A DNA stretch of 63,637 nucleotides, the filler included, from Globobulimina sp. (taxonomy: Eukaryota), in the NCBI GenBank assembly GCA_003354225.1. It is 26 parts of 26 records of this genome, joined end to end, with 100 filler letters (N's around TTAATTAATTAA, not from the genome) between each part and the next. Parts side by side here need not be neighbours in the genome. Positions count along the whole stretch, not along the records: positions 24,526 to 26,877 come from PIVH01007209.1; positions 26,978 to 29,329 come from PIVH01007210.1; positions 29,430 to 31,780 come from PIVH01007211.1; positions 31,881 to 34,231 come from PIVH01007212.1; positions 34,332 to 36,682 come from PIVH01007213.1; positions 36,783 to 39,133 come from PIVH01007214.1; 20 more parts are not named here. One strand, 5' to 3'. The stretch's first letter is position 1, and every line of letters starts with the position of its first letter. The notes under the pieces were generated by a model. That model made no database searches and had not been told where the DNA came from. It was given only the letters and a program-made list of their open reading frames with translations. This document shows positions 26,387 to 37,586 of this stretch, one piece after another. A program made the position numbers and the translations under genes.

Positions 26387-26877
26387 TTATTCCGCATCCG
26401 CTTTCTCTGCATATCTTCTTAACGTTGATTTGGAATCGTCAGTAAATCCAATAACATAACGATGCAAATTCGAGGGTTCACCTTCAAAACATATAACCAC
26501 TGCGGGAGTGGCATTAAATTCATATAAAAGCATTGCTTGCTCAAAATTCATATCTTTTATTGTACAGTCATACCATCCGACATTGCTATTAAACTCAGCA
26601 CTTAATTCCTCGCAATATCTACGAAATTTTTTGTCTCCCTTCGAAGAGAAACAGCAAAAACCATAACGGCCTAATATAAAAACACAAAAAACACAAAATA
26701 AAATAAACTATATATAAAGTGCAAGGATATGGAACCTGCGGAGCTAATTCTTTTTAATTTGCCCACCAATTTCTTGGAATCTTTAATGGAAACAAAACCC
26801 TGAGGCACCGGCACTTTATTACGTAATGCCATTTGTTTTTTTTTCGCTTTGGCAGCTTTTTTGGCCTTAATTTTTCT
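26387..26877 (-). CDS. Hypothetical protein C-terminus, possible redox-inactive thioredoxin-like fold (intron 26671-26735)
   Basis: Spliced translation ...GRYGFCCFSS...CEELSAEFNSNVGWYDC...YEFNATPAVVICFEG...YVIGF, with a TP motif but no CxxC. Missed by the ORF track. Confidence 0.5.
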
Positions 26878-26977
26878 NNNNNNNNNNNNNNNNNNNNNNN
26901 NNNNNNNNNNNNNNNNNNNNNTTAATTAATTAANNNNNNNNNNNNNNNNNNNNNNNNNNNNNNNNNNNNNNNNNNNN

Positions 26978-27733
26978 GAAAAACAGATCACATCGTCGAA
27001 ATCATGCTCGCCAACCATTACCATACCGAAAGATGCATTAACTCTGGTAGATTTTGGATTGGCTCAACGGTGTCGACGCGATCACGGTTTAACTGAGTAT
27101 TGTGGTACACCCATTTATATGGCACCGGAGATATTCGCGCATAAAGAATATGATTATTCATGTGATATGTGGTCCGCTGGGTGCATATTGTATTCATTAT
27201 TAGTTGGTTACACACCCTTTGATTTCGACGACGATCACGATATTAATGAGCTATCCCGTGCTGTTCAACACGATGCGGTTCTGTTTGAACCAGATTATTG
27301 GAGTGGTATAAGTGTTGACGCCAAAGATTTAATACTCAGATTATTAGAAAGGGATCCTATAAAAAGATACACTGCAAAACAAGCATTGCAGCACAGATGG
27401 ATGAGATCTGCAACCACGGATTTATTTGATCAACGTAGAATGGACAGACTGAGGAAGTTTTCATGTGTTCGGAAGTTTAAAAGAGGTGTTAATGCGATGA
27501 TTGCTGTGATACGATTAATTGAAATATTCTCAGAACAACCTGTGGATGATGAAGACGATGAGGATATCGACGATGGAGATGATTATGATGGTTACGATGA
27601 GGATTATGACGAAAATGCAGCGATTATCAGTCCAATGCAGGTAGTTGGTGCAATGGTAGAGGTACTTGATAGTACTACTGACGATGAAGTAGACGACATT
27701 ATTGTAGAAGAAGATGATGATGACTCTGACTAA
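26978..27733 (+). CDS. CaMK-group Ser/Thr kinase, C-terminal half
   Basis: DFG, CGTPIYMAPE, DMWSAG and RYTAKQAL.H.W, followed by a CaM-binding-like helix (LRKFSCVRKFKRGV) and an acidic tail. Confidence 0.9.
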   Translation, partial: EKQITSSKSCSPTITIPKDALTLVDFGLAQRCRRDHGLTEYCGTPIYMAPEIFAHKEYDYSCDMWSAGCILYSLLVGYTPFDFDDDHDINELSRAVQHDAVLFEPDYWSGISVDAKDLILRLLERDPIKRYTAKQALQHRWMRSATTDLFDQRRMDRLRKFSCVRKFKRGVNAMIAVIRLIEIFSEQPVDDEDDEDIDDGDDYDGYDEDYDENAAIISPMQVVGAMVEVLDSTTDDEVDDIIVEEDDDDSD

Positions 27734-27847
27734 TTTTTTTTACTGTTACAGTTTTTTTTCATAGAGTTTTATTTTGGATGTTTGGATTTTCAATATGTAT
27801 TTTTGTATGTTATGTTTATGACTTTATGTTTACATTTTTTATTTTAA

Positions 27848-29017
27848 TCAATCGATAAAATGATCGATTGTGTTTAACAAAGAATCTATCTCAAAAAGGA
27901 ATTTATGATTGGTTGCTGTTTGATGGATAATGTTCTCTTGAGATTTCTGAACATTTATACATTTCCTAAATGTCAATGAAATTCGCTGTTGTCGTTTGAT
28001 GCGCATATGATCATAAACATGAATATCACTTTGTGTTATTCCATGTTGCCATAAATGCCTCGAATCTCCGCTTAAAATCAACAACGATTTGGGTTTTAAC
28101 AATATTTGTTTAATTTCGTTTGTTTCAATCTGTTTAAAATTGATAACAACCTCATTCAACAACGAAATACAAACAATATATTCATCAAAATATTCATTCG
28201 AATCCAAATGATACTCAAAGCCACCAAATGAAGGATAATTATTTACAATCAATTCATTAAAAAAATAATCCTTCGGTATCGGCAATCTATTATCATTTAT
28301 AAGGCGCAATAAAATATTCTTCACACAAAATGGCATGCAATCAAATGGTTTTTTATTTATTTTCTTCACAATTTCATTTTGTATATCAAACGAATGCATA
28401 TATTCTTGAGTCAGACGACAAGATATTTTATCCCATTCATTATTATTTATAAATTGTAGAATTGCATTGTGCTCGTTATCATTAATATAATTTTCTACGT
28501 AATATAGTCCATTTATATAATTGTCATAGATATCATTATCAAATTCGGCTAAAAAGTGTAAATTTGGTGGCTTTCTATCTGCAAATCTTTCTTTTTTTTC
28601 GTAATCATATATTGGCGATACGGGCACAGACAATCGTGATTTACTTTCTTTTGTGTCGAAAAATATACCAAATTCTGGATCGTTTTTGATAGCAGTTTTA
28701 ATGTCGGGTGGTTCGATACGAATTTTGTTTTTCCTTTTTGCCACATTGCCAGACATTTGTAGCAATTCAGAGGTCATAAATTCAATGACTGCTGATAAAT
28801 ATACCCCCGCTGAGGGAGTGATTGAATTAAAATTATTTGCGTTGTCTGTTATTATTTGGCTTTTCATGTTATTCCATATACGGCCTGATGGGAATAATAA
28901 ACCAGTGTAATCGCTATGTTTTATTTCTATTTTATCAATGTCTCGCGGTGTGTCTGTAATAGCAAATGGTAAATTAATATCTAAATCATCCTCAAAATAT
29001 GTGTGTTCTTCTGCCAT
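27848..29017 (-). CDS. Histone H2A-fold / AlkB (ALKBH8-type) 2OG-Fe(II) dioxygenase fusion protein
   Basis: aa 35-120 read GLLFPSGRI...AGVYLSAVIEFMTSELLQMSGNVA...RIEP..IKTAIKNDPEF, an H2A fold. aa 168-352 carry NxY, H270-x-D272, H325 and R345/R351 (RISLTFR), the AlkB signature. Confidence 0.88.
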   Translation of the reverse strand: MAEEHTYFEDDLDINLPFAITDTPRDIDKIEIKHSDYTGLLFPSGRIWNNMKSQIITDNANNFNSITPSAGVYLSAVIEFMTSELLQMSGNVAKRKNKIRIEPPDIKTAIKNDPEFGIFFDTKESKSRLSVPVSPIYDYEKKERFADRKPPNLHFLAEFDNDIYDNYINGLYYVENYINDNEHNAILQFINNNEWDKISCRLTQEYMHSFDIQNEIVKKINKKPFDCMPFCVKNILLRLINDNRLPIPKDYFFNELIVNNYPSFGGFEYHLDSNEYFDEYIVCISLLNEVVINFKQIETNEIKQILLKPKSLLILSGDSRHLWQHGITQSDIHVYDHMRIKRQQRISLTFRKCINVQKSQENIIHQTATNHKFLFEIDSLLNTIDHFID

Positions 29018-29204
29018 GTAGCGCGAACTTCAGGTAGTATATTTTCACGAAAACGTTTCAGGTTGACATTAACTAGAAACAGGAAAATTACTTGATTTGC
29101 TCTATTGATAATTTCCTGAAAACAAGAATACGTCTAATACCAACACAAGATACAATCCAAGATCATTAAGACTAAAAGAATGAATCCAGAACAAAGATCA
29201 TCCG

Positions 29205-29329
29205 GTCTTCAGCGTCAGATTTTTATTGGGGTAAGGTGTAAGCAAACCGTTTCTGGTGACTGATAAAGGCAAAAATAATATAGGTTTGCCTTCGTTTCTC
29301 AGAAACAATAAAAATCTGACGCTGAAAAC
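29205..29329. repeat. 125-bp segment bounded by 24-bp inverted repeats (MITE-like)
   Basis: gtcttcagcgtcagatttttattg (29205-29228) and caataaaaatctgacgctgaaaac (29306-29329) are complementary at 23 of 24 positions. Confidence 0.7.
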
Positions 29330-29429
29330 NNNNNNNNNNNNNNNNNNNNNNNNNNNNNNNNNNNNNNNNNNNNTTAATTAATTAANNNNNNNNNNNNNNN
29401 NNNNNNNNNNNNNNNNNNNNNNNNNNNNN

Positions 29430-30064
29430 CTCCAAAACTATTATCTGCAGCAGATTGTATGTGGTATAATCCCGCTGTTGCAATAACAAGATGTACTGGA
29501 CCAGTTATAATTGGATGCAGTAACAATGTCAATACACCATATTGCAACGGAGAAGGTGAACAATATGATATATTATCATATGAATTTGCTCCTGGTTTTC
29601 ATGAAAAGTCAATTTATAGCGCTGATATAACGGTAATCACATTAACAAAACCGATAACATATCCGAGTGCAATAATAATTACATACGCGACAGTACCACC
29701 ACCTGGCGATGCATCTCAACAATGGAGAATAACTGGCTATGGTTCTTCATTGACATTATCAACAGGAATAACAACATATGTTCCGCATATTGAATGTGGT
29801 GCTGCATTGGGTCAATGGTCTCCGTATTTGGATTGGTCAATGGTTTGTATATGGAATGGCGAGGATAATAAAACAGCCACTTCTGAATGTTTTGGTGATT
29901 TTGGTGGGCCAATGGTGTATAATAATATTCAATATGGAATCATGTCATTTGCATTTGCAAATTGTGAGCCATGTGGTTGCTGTACACAATGGCCTCAAAT
30001 GGGCGCAAATGTGGCACTTTTTGCTGATTGGATAGCAAATCAAACTACAATTGCAAATAAGTAA
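29430..30064 (+). CDS. Trypsin-family (S1) protease homologue, probably inactive (5' partial)
   Basis: LLSAADC (cf. TAAHC), ADITVITL, ITGYG, CFGDFGGP (cf. GDSGGP), YGIMSF and ADWI. Confidence 0.85.
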
Positions 30065-30303
30065 TTATTATAATTTAAAAATATAAAAGAAAAACAATTT
30101 AATTTTTTATTTAAATTGATAAAGGACGTAAGTCCGATTCCAGACTCATATATTCCTCAAACATAGTTTTATTAGTTTAGCAGCTCACAGTTTTGATAAT
30201 TTTGCAAGTTATTTTGATTGTTGATTTAAATTAAAAGCAAAATGATTTGTGAACAAATTGTTAAAGCAAACAAACAGTGTTATTTATACACTAAATTCAT
30301 ACA

Positions 30304-31117
30304 TTAAATTAAAATGTGTTTAAGTCGTTGTGTCAACGCATTGTTTATAGTATTATTGTGTTTTGCGACCATATTTGCAATGGATTTAACAAGATCTGCA
30401 TAATACGTTTTTTCCAATTGTAGCTTATCAATTTGCAAATGAAGTTTGGCGTTTTGAAATTTGAGTTTCTTTATTTTATCCTCATTGAGATCGTGTTGAG
30501 TCTTTGCAGCAGAATATGAGGATTTGTTGGATGATGGAGATGATATAAATGATAGCTTCGAGTTTGCTGTGTGTTGACTTTCGAAGCTCTTCGCGCTCAC
30601 TGAATCAAACAAATCGTCAGTTGTGCTTATCATATTATACTTTGATATGCAGGATAACGAGAATCGTTTGTTACTTATTTGATTTGTTCTACTCACTGTA
30701 CAATATGTTTTAATTATAATTATGTTCGGAATTTGATGAATTTTAACCTGTTTTTGAGGGTCTACATATGGATAATCTCGGTCGTTTAATTCGTGATTTT
30801 CGGGAATAGTTACTTTTAACGCTGTAATTGCTTGATGTGCTCGAATTGTTTGGTGACTGAGCGATAGGGTTCAATGAACCTAACCGTTTGAAATTAATTA
30901 TTCTCGCTCTAGATCTTTTGAGACTACTTCGCGGTCTTCGTATCATTGACGATTGTTGTGTTTTGTGTGGAGGAGTGAATGGTAACAAACTTCGATTTAT
31001 TGGCAACATTGCAACCTTTGGGACTTGTATTGTTGTCACATTATTAATACACTTGTTATTATTAATATCACTTTGTTCAGAGGTAACATCAACATCCATT
31101 GAGTCATGTGCTGCCAT
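30304..31117 (-). CDS. Ser/Arg-rich hypothetical protein with a C-terminal coiled coil (two exons, intron at about 30696-30747)
   Basis: The two ORFs join in frame across a GT-AG intron. The tail LQIDKLQLEKTYY weakly resembles the EB1 C-terminal motif. Confidence 0.55.
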
Positions 31118-31208
31118 TTAACACTGAATTAGTTTTTTTTTATTAAAAAAATGTTTTTTTTTTGTTGATATATACCATGTCAATTCAAGTTTAATACAGA
31201 TTTGACAA

Positions 31209-31780
31209 ATGTATGTTGGTCGCTTAGTCATGAGAAATATCCATAAATTTCACTCACCAATACCTGCATCAATATACTTAAAACGGAATGTATTACCATC
31301 ATCATCCACAATATACTTATCCATCAATCAACATACGTCCATAGCACATATGTATCAACATCGGCGTTTAATCAACACCCCAACTCATAAAAAACCTGAT
31401 CCATTTCACCGCGTTTACCGCAGAGCACAAACGCCGCGAGAAACGAACCGGTGGATGGAAAAGGTGATATTAGCACTAATGTTGGGAATATGTCTGTTCC
31501 CTTTAGGTTTTATGTACAATTACTTTGATGGTACAGTGCCAATTACAAATCGAAAACGTTTCTTAATAATACCGTTTTGGTTGGATAATTTAGTGGGTAC
31601 ATACACATTGGCTGCGCTTGGCATTGGTCAAAACGAAGAGGAAGACACTGAAAACAACACAGAAACACAGCAAGAATCATCGGATAATCCATATGATATA
31701 AACACGCGGCAGAATAAAGGGGATATAATGTCCAGTAATGATAAACGTGTGGCTCACATTGAAGGTATATTTGACACTAT
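31209..31780 (+). CDS. OMA1: Mitochondrial metalloendopeptidase OMA1-like (M48), N-terminal part
   Basis: Basic presequence-like N-terminus, a TM helix, then VPITNRKRF. The HExxH motif is beyond the contig end. Confidence 0.6.
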
Positions 31781-31880
31781 NNNNNNNNNNNNNNNNNNNN
31801 NNNNNNNNNNNNNNNNNNNNNNNNTTAATTAATTAANNNNNNNNNNNNNNNNNNNNNNNNNNNNNNNNNNNNNNNNNNNN

Positions 31881-34030
31881 AGGTTTTCGTGCCAGGACCT
31901 TAGGGTGCTTATAACAATTTGGACTAACTAATATTAAATTTGGTCTAAATTCGAAATTCGTATTTCAATTTTCAGCTCGATCGGTCAATTTTTGGCTAAG
32001 TTAAAGCTATTTTACGTTTTCGGTTATATAATTTTGAAATTCATGTGCCAGGCATCCACTATTTCAGGCCTCAGGCAATCACTATTTCATGCACCTAACA
32101 AAATAACTCCAAAATTTTCGAAATTTTGTGTTTCAATTTCCAGCTCGATCGGTCAACTTTTGACCGAGTTAGAGTTATGTTACGTTTTTTGGGTTGGATT
32201 TATTCCCGATCCGGCAACTTAGGATATGGTTTGGGATTAGGCTAGTTACCGTATCTTATTCTGGTCCTGCCACGATTACTACTTTACATGTATTCACTGT
32301 GGCGACGCTAAAATTCTATGGTTGATATATTAATTTACGCGTCTTATCTCTGTGTGTAAATAAATACAGTAACCTCGGGTCCTGGTACGATTAGATGATA
32401 TAATCATAACTCAACCAATATTAATAGATTGAAGCTGATATTAAAAACTCGTAAAATCGAATTTTTGATTTCGGGCCAATAATTTTGAATTACATGCATC
32501 AGACAACCTCTATTTCATGCAACAGGCAACCACTATTCCATTTACCATGCAAAATAACTCCAAATTTTTTCGAAATATTATGTTTCAATTTTCAGCTCGA
32601 TCGGTCGAGTTATGGTCGAGTTATGACTATTTACGTTTTTGAGTGGATCTATTCCCGATCCGACCGTTTGGGGTGTTTGGTGCGGGTTGCTATAGTTTTC
32701 GTACCGGGACCGGGTATCGATGTTTTGAATTTGGTTCCGAAATGGTATATCGATATCGATGTTTTTTTGTTTCAGCTCCGACCGTTTATAATTGGCCGAG
32801 TTATGGCTATTTTCGTATTTCATGCACCGGGCTACTTCTATTTCATGCACCAGGCAATCGCTATTTCATGCACCATGCAAAATAAATCCTAATTTTTGGA
32901 AGGTTGTGTTTCAATTTTCAGCTTGATCGGTCGGTCCAATATTGGCCGAGTTATGGCTATTTACGTTTTTGAGTGGATTTATTCCCGATCCGACCGTCTG
33001 GGTGGTTATTATAGTTTTCGTGCCGAGAACCGGGTATCGATGTTTTGAATTTGGTTCCCATATGGTGTATCGATATCGATGATTTTTGTTTCAGCTTCGA
33101 CCTTTTATTATTGGCCGTTTTATGGCTATTTACGTATTTCATGCACCGGACAACCACTATTTCATGCACCGGGCAACCGCTATTTCATACACCATGAAAA
33201 ATACATCTAAAATTTTCGAAATATTGTATTTCAATTTTCATCCCGATCGTTCTAATATTGGCCGAGTTATGGCTATTTTACGTTTTTGAGTGGATTTATT
33301 CCCGATCTGGCCGTCTGGGGTGGTATCTGTAGTTTTCGTGGTGGGACCCAGTATCGATGTTTTGAATTTGGTTCCCTTATGGAGTATCGATATCGATGTT
33401 TTTTGTTTCAGCTCCGATCGATTATTATTGGCCGAGTTATGGCTATTTACGTATTTCATGCACCAGGCAACCACTATTTCATGCACCAGGCAACCACTAT
33501 TTCATGCACCATGAAAAATACATCTAAAATTTTCGAAATATTGTGTTTCAATTTTCAGCCCGATCGGTCCAATATTGGCCGAGTTATGGCTATTTTACGT
33601 TTTTGAGTGGATTTATTCCCGATCTGGCCGTCTGGGGTGGTTACTGTAGTTTTCGTGGCGGGACCCGGGTATCGATGTTTTGTATTTGGTTCCGAAATGG
33701 TGTATCGATATCAATGTTTTTTGTTTCAGCTCCGACCGGTTATTATTGACCGAGTTATGATGACTTGGTATTCTTCGTTTTTCGGCAAATTTTCGGCAAA
33801 TTTTCGTTTTTCGGAAAAATTTTTGCCGAAAAATGAAAAAAATTTGTCCCAAAATCGAAAATTTTGAATTTTCGTGTTTTAATTTTCAGCTCGATCGGAC
33901 GAGTTATGGCTGAGTTATGGCTATTTTACGTTTTTGAGTGGAATTATTCCCGATCCGGCCGTTTAGGGTGTTTAGTGCAGGTTACTGTAGTTTTCGTGCC
34001 GGGACCCGGGTATCGATGTTTTGAATTTGG
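31881..34030. repeat. Complex tandem repeat, unit about 317-331 bp, containing 22-bp subrepeats
   Basis: The anchor GAGTGGA..ATTCCCGATC occurs at 32641, 32971, 33288, 33605 and 33936. Units contain about three copies of CTATTTCATGCACC(A/G)GGCAACC. Degenerate units extend to the left. Confidence 0.92.
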
Positions 34031-34331
34031 CGGGTTATTTAGGCTGCTTATAACAACTTTTCTTACCCTAAGTTTTCGACGATAAACCATTCCAAGTAAA
34101 GTTTTCGACGATGACGTCATCGTCACGTGACACGTCGACGGCCGCTGATTGGTTGAATCGAGTTTTGGCACGCTGCCAAATCGTCGAAAACGCTCTATGC
34201 TACAACGTTGTTTTAGACTCCTCCGGCAATCNNNNNNNNNNNNNNNNNNNNNNNNNNNNNNNNNNNNNNNNNNNNTTAATTAATTAANNNNNNNNNNNNN
34301 NNNNNNNNNNNNNNNNNNNNNNNNNNNNNNN

Positions 34332-34590
34332 ATTTATCAAATATTGCAAATGTACGGGAAACAAACGAGTGGCACACTCACAGTCACAGACCTAATGTGG
34401 TAATCAATATTGCCATAATAAACAATACCAACAGACACAAATTCATACAGTCGACCCATTTTGCATTTTCATATTTACAGTCATATGATGCTAAATGATA
34501 ACCGAATATTACCGTTTGGATCACTGCTGACACTGCTACTATTATTTCAAGTTCATAGCTTGGAACCTCTTTGAAACCTTGCACTGGCAT
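34332..34590 (-). CDS. Membrane protein N-terminus (3' partial)
   Basis: ATG at 34590 and two hydrophobic helices, then a probable GT donor. Confidence 0.45.
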
Positions 34591-34683
34591 TAGAAATTGA
34601 CCTATAGCAAACTATAAACATTAAGTTGCCATTGAGAGCACAGCAGTTCAGTTGGGTACAAAATTCGTTGCTGTACAAAAAGA

Positions 34684-36449
34684 ATGCCTTCTCTACCAAC
34701 TCACAATGGCAATTTTAGCTATTACTACAAAGCGGATGAATATTCACAATCAACCTGCAGAAGTGTTGGGAGATTTATCTGTTTGATGGTAACAATCACC
34801 TTTTGGAGCATATTGTTTTTGTTATGGTGGTTCTTTGCAGATTATTTGTTATTTAATAAAACACGATTTTATTTTGAACATTCTCTTGATTTTCTAGATA
34901 GATTCATTCAGCAAATTTGTTATTTATCACTGCATATGTTTATGCTAATTCTGATAACATCAACAATCCGTCCATACAGGATCATACATGCAATAATCTT
35001 CAAACATAATATATGGTTAATTATCTCATTGATATTATTAATCATATTCTTTGCCATTCTGTTAGAAATACCCTATGTTATACTAAAAAGTGAAACCTTT
35101 TATAAATCAGAAACCATAGAAAATGCCATCTGGTGTAAATACAATGAATGTAAATTCTGGACAATACAACATATTATTGATTATTACCTTTATTGTGCAT
35201 TACTGTCATTATTGATTATTACCTTATTTTTATCTTTGCACTCGCATTTGCAGAACGTTTTTCCCAAGGGTTACAGGGTCTTGACCCCACTAGGTTGCGT
35301 GGTATCTTTTAGAATGTTTTGTATTTTCCAGAGTTTGTAGAAGATATTCCTTATATCATGGAAGCTATTCTGTGTTATCTGAGGATTCCGAATATACGGC
35401 GCATACTGACCCGATTAGGAGAAATAAAAAGCATTCGGCCCAGTTACAAATGGGTTTATTAGCACCAAATGCAAGTCGTGACATATCGACGGAGCTTATT
35501 GAATTAAGGTATGGTACATTTTACATTTAACGCGTTTTCAAACTCCGTCAATATCCGATATTACACCTTGCCATAAAGTGCTTTTCTGAGTGAATCTGAG
35601 AACAAACGGACGCGTACATATTCAACGACATTTTCTGTATTATTTTACATTACATTATCAATATTATGGCTCTTTGTGCAGATAGTGACATCTTTGCGAG
35701 TTCGATATGTCAGAGATGATTTTCTAACGATTTACTGCATATTTTTAACAATTTGTGTGATATTTAAATATTTATTAAAATTAATCGCGAGGAAATTGGA
35801 TGTAATTCGCAGGAAGAAAGAAGAGAGCAAATGCCATTATATCTCAATCGAATTATTTATGGAATGGTACTGTTCATTTATATATTGGTTTTGGTTGCGA
35901 TTTATGATTGCTCTCAATACCCCAAATTTAAATGAATTCGTCACTGCTATGATTATACATTTTGGCACGGAATCGTATAAAACGACGTTTTGTTCCTCGA
36001 GATATTATTATTCGACAACCTGCAAATTATCATATCGAATTAACAGTTATTTTGATAATGCAAAAATATTTTTCAATGATGATTCAACCATCGATGAGTG
36101 GAATATCCGTACTTCATTAGATTCAATCATACGCTTTTTTGCTGCATATTTGTCTGGAGTTGGAATGGTTATTTATTTGGTTTGCATCTCTGAAAAGGGA
36201 TTTAATTCGCAATTATTCCAAGGTGATGGGGATAACACGTCTTCGTATAAAAAAGTATTTGAATATAATGCATTGTCGTTTTTATTAGAAATGTTTTATT
36301 ACATCAATACATTTTTAATCAATTTATGTGTAAATAAATTCAATTCATTGTATCCATTCATAAATTATGTAAATTCTATGACTACAGCACATCAAATATT
36401 TATTTCTCTCGTTTATTTGTCTGTTTTGTCTTTGTTGAGATTTACTTAG
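34684..36449 (+). CDS. Polytopic membrane protein of unknown family (multi-exon; internal splice sites uncertain)
   Basis: Same-strand hydrophobic ORFs 34684..35340 and 35676..36449 with intron-like sequence between them. Confidence 0.55.
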
Positions 36450-37044
36450 TTTCTATGCATGCAAATTAAATAATTGTTTAACATTTTTGTAACAATCCGG
36501 ACTTATATAACATTCTAAAAAACATTGATTCAAACTGAAGTTTAGAAGTGTAATGTAACAATAATTTAAAATGCAAATGTTGTGAACATCCCAAGGTGAT
36601 CCGACATTATTCGTTTCTCGTTGCGATAATCAACGAGTTTACTTTCAATCACATATTTTGAATGCTTTTCATTAATGAACAANNNNNNNNNNNNNNNNNN
36701 NNNNNNNNNNNNNNNNNNNNNNNNNNTTAATTAATTAANNNNNNNNNNNNNNNNNNNNNNNNNNNNNNNNNNNNNNNNNNNNGGGATATTCAGTTAATTC
36801 ATTATTCGTTTTTGGAAATCTTTAACAACAAAAAACAAAAGGAAGTATGGGTTGGAATCAAAAAATTACAATTGGAACACCACCTTATTTTGTATCAAGA
36901 AGCTGAATATGATATCGTTTTAATGAATTAGATTTTTATGAATTATTTTATATTTGTATCATCCATGCAGTGGAATTAGTGTTTTTGGAAATTGTGCATC
37001 CTTTTGGTCTTCGTTTATATCATTACAGTGGGAAATAAACAAAG

Positions 37045-37308
37045 ATGAGTTATGTTTGCTGTCGGAAAAAGCCGTTTCTTGATGAATCTGCTTTGTGTAA
37101 TCATTTAAAACAAGTACATTATGTTGAAGTTAATTATACGTATGGTGGTGCTCATCCAGATACATGGTATTGCTGCTTGAAGGGATATAATGCACAGTTG
37201 CATGGAAAGAAGCTGAAAAGCTTTGAATGTTTTAAAAATCATATGGCACTGAAACATTTTATTAAAATCAAAGAAGAAGGTGAAGAAAGTTATGTAATTA
37301 GCATATAA
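37045..37308 (+). CDS. Small protein with two atypical C2H2-like zinc fingers
   Basis: YVCC.KKPF..ESAL.NHLKQVH and WYCC...FECFKNHMALKH. Confidence 0.5.
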   Translation: MSYVCCRKKPFLDESALCNHLKQVHYVEVNYTYGGAHPDTWYCCLKGYNAQLHGKKLKSFECFKNHMALKHFIKIKEEGEESYVISI

Positions 37309-37586
37309 ATTAAACACTCAGAAAGATATTTTTCATTTAAATACACTCAAAAGTCACCGCCTCATAGTAGTAGTGAAGCAACATTCAGCCAGGATCTAAG
37401 TCTGGCTCCATACTCACAGATTGCTTAAACATCCCGGCGAGAGGCATCTATTTGGCTGGTTTTTTTGCAGCCAACTACAAGGATTTCCTAAAGGATTAAT
37501 TGATGCATCATGCATAGGTCATTTCAGAAAGAAAATGATCGACTTTTCCATGTACCAAAATGAGTATTTACGTCATTGCCAATGTC

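Noticed and set aside
31990-34171. CRISPR-like array or coding ORFs in the repeat contig
   Set aside because: The intervening sequences are themselves repeated rather than unique spacers, there are no cas genes, and the short ORFs are by-products of the repeat.
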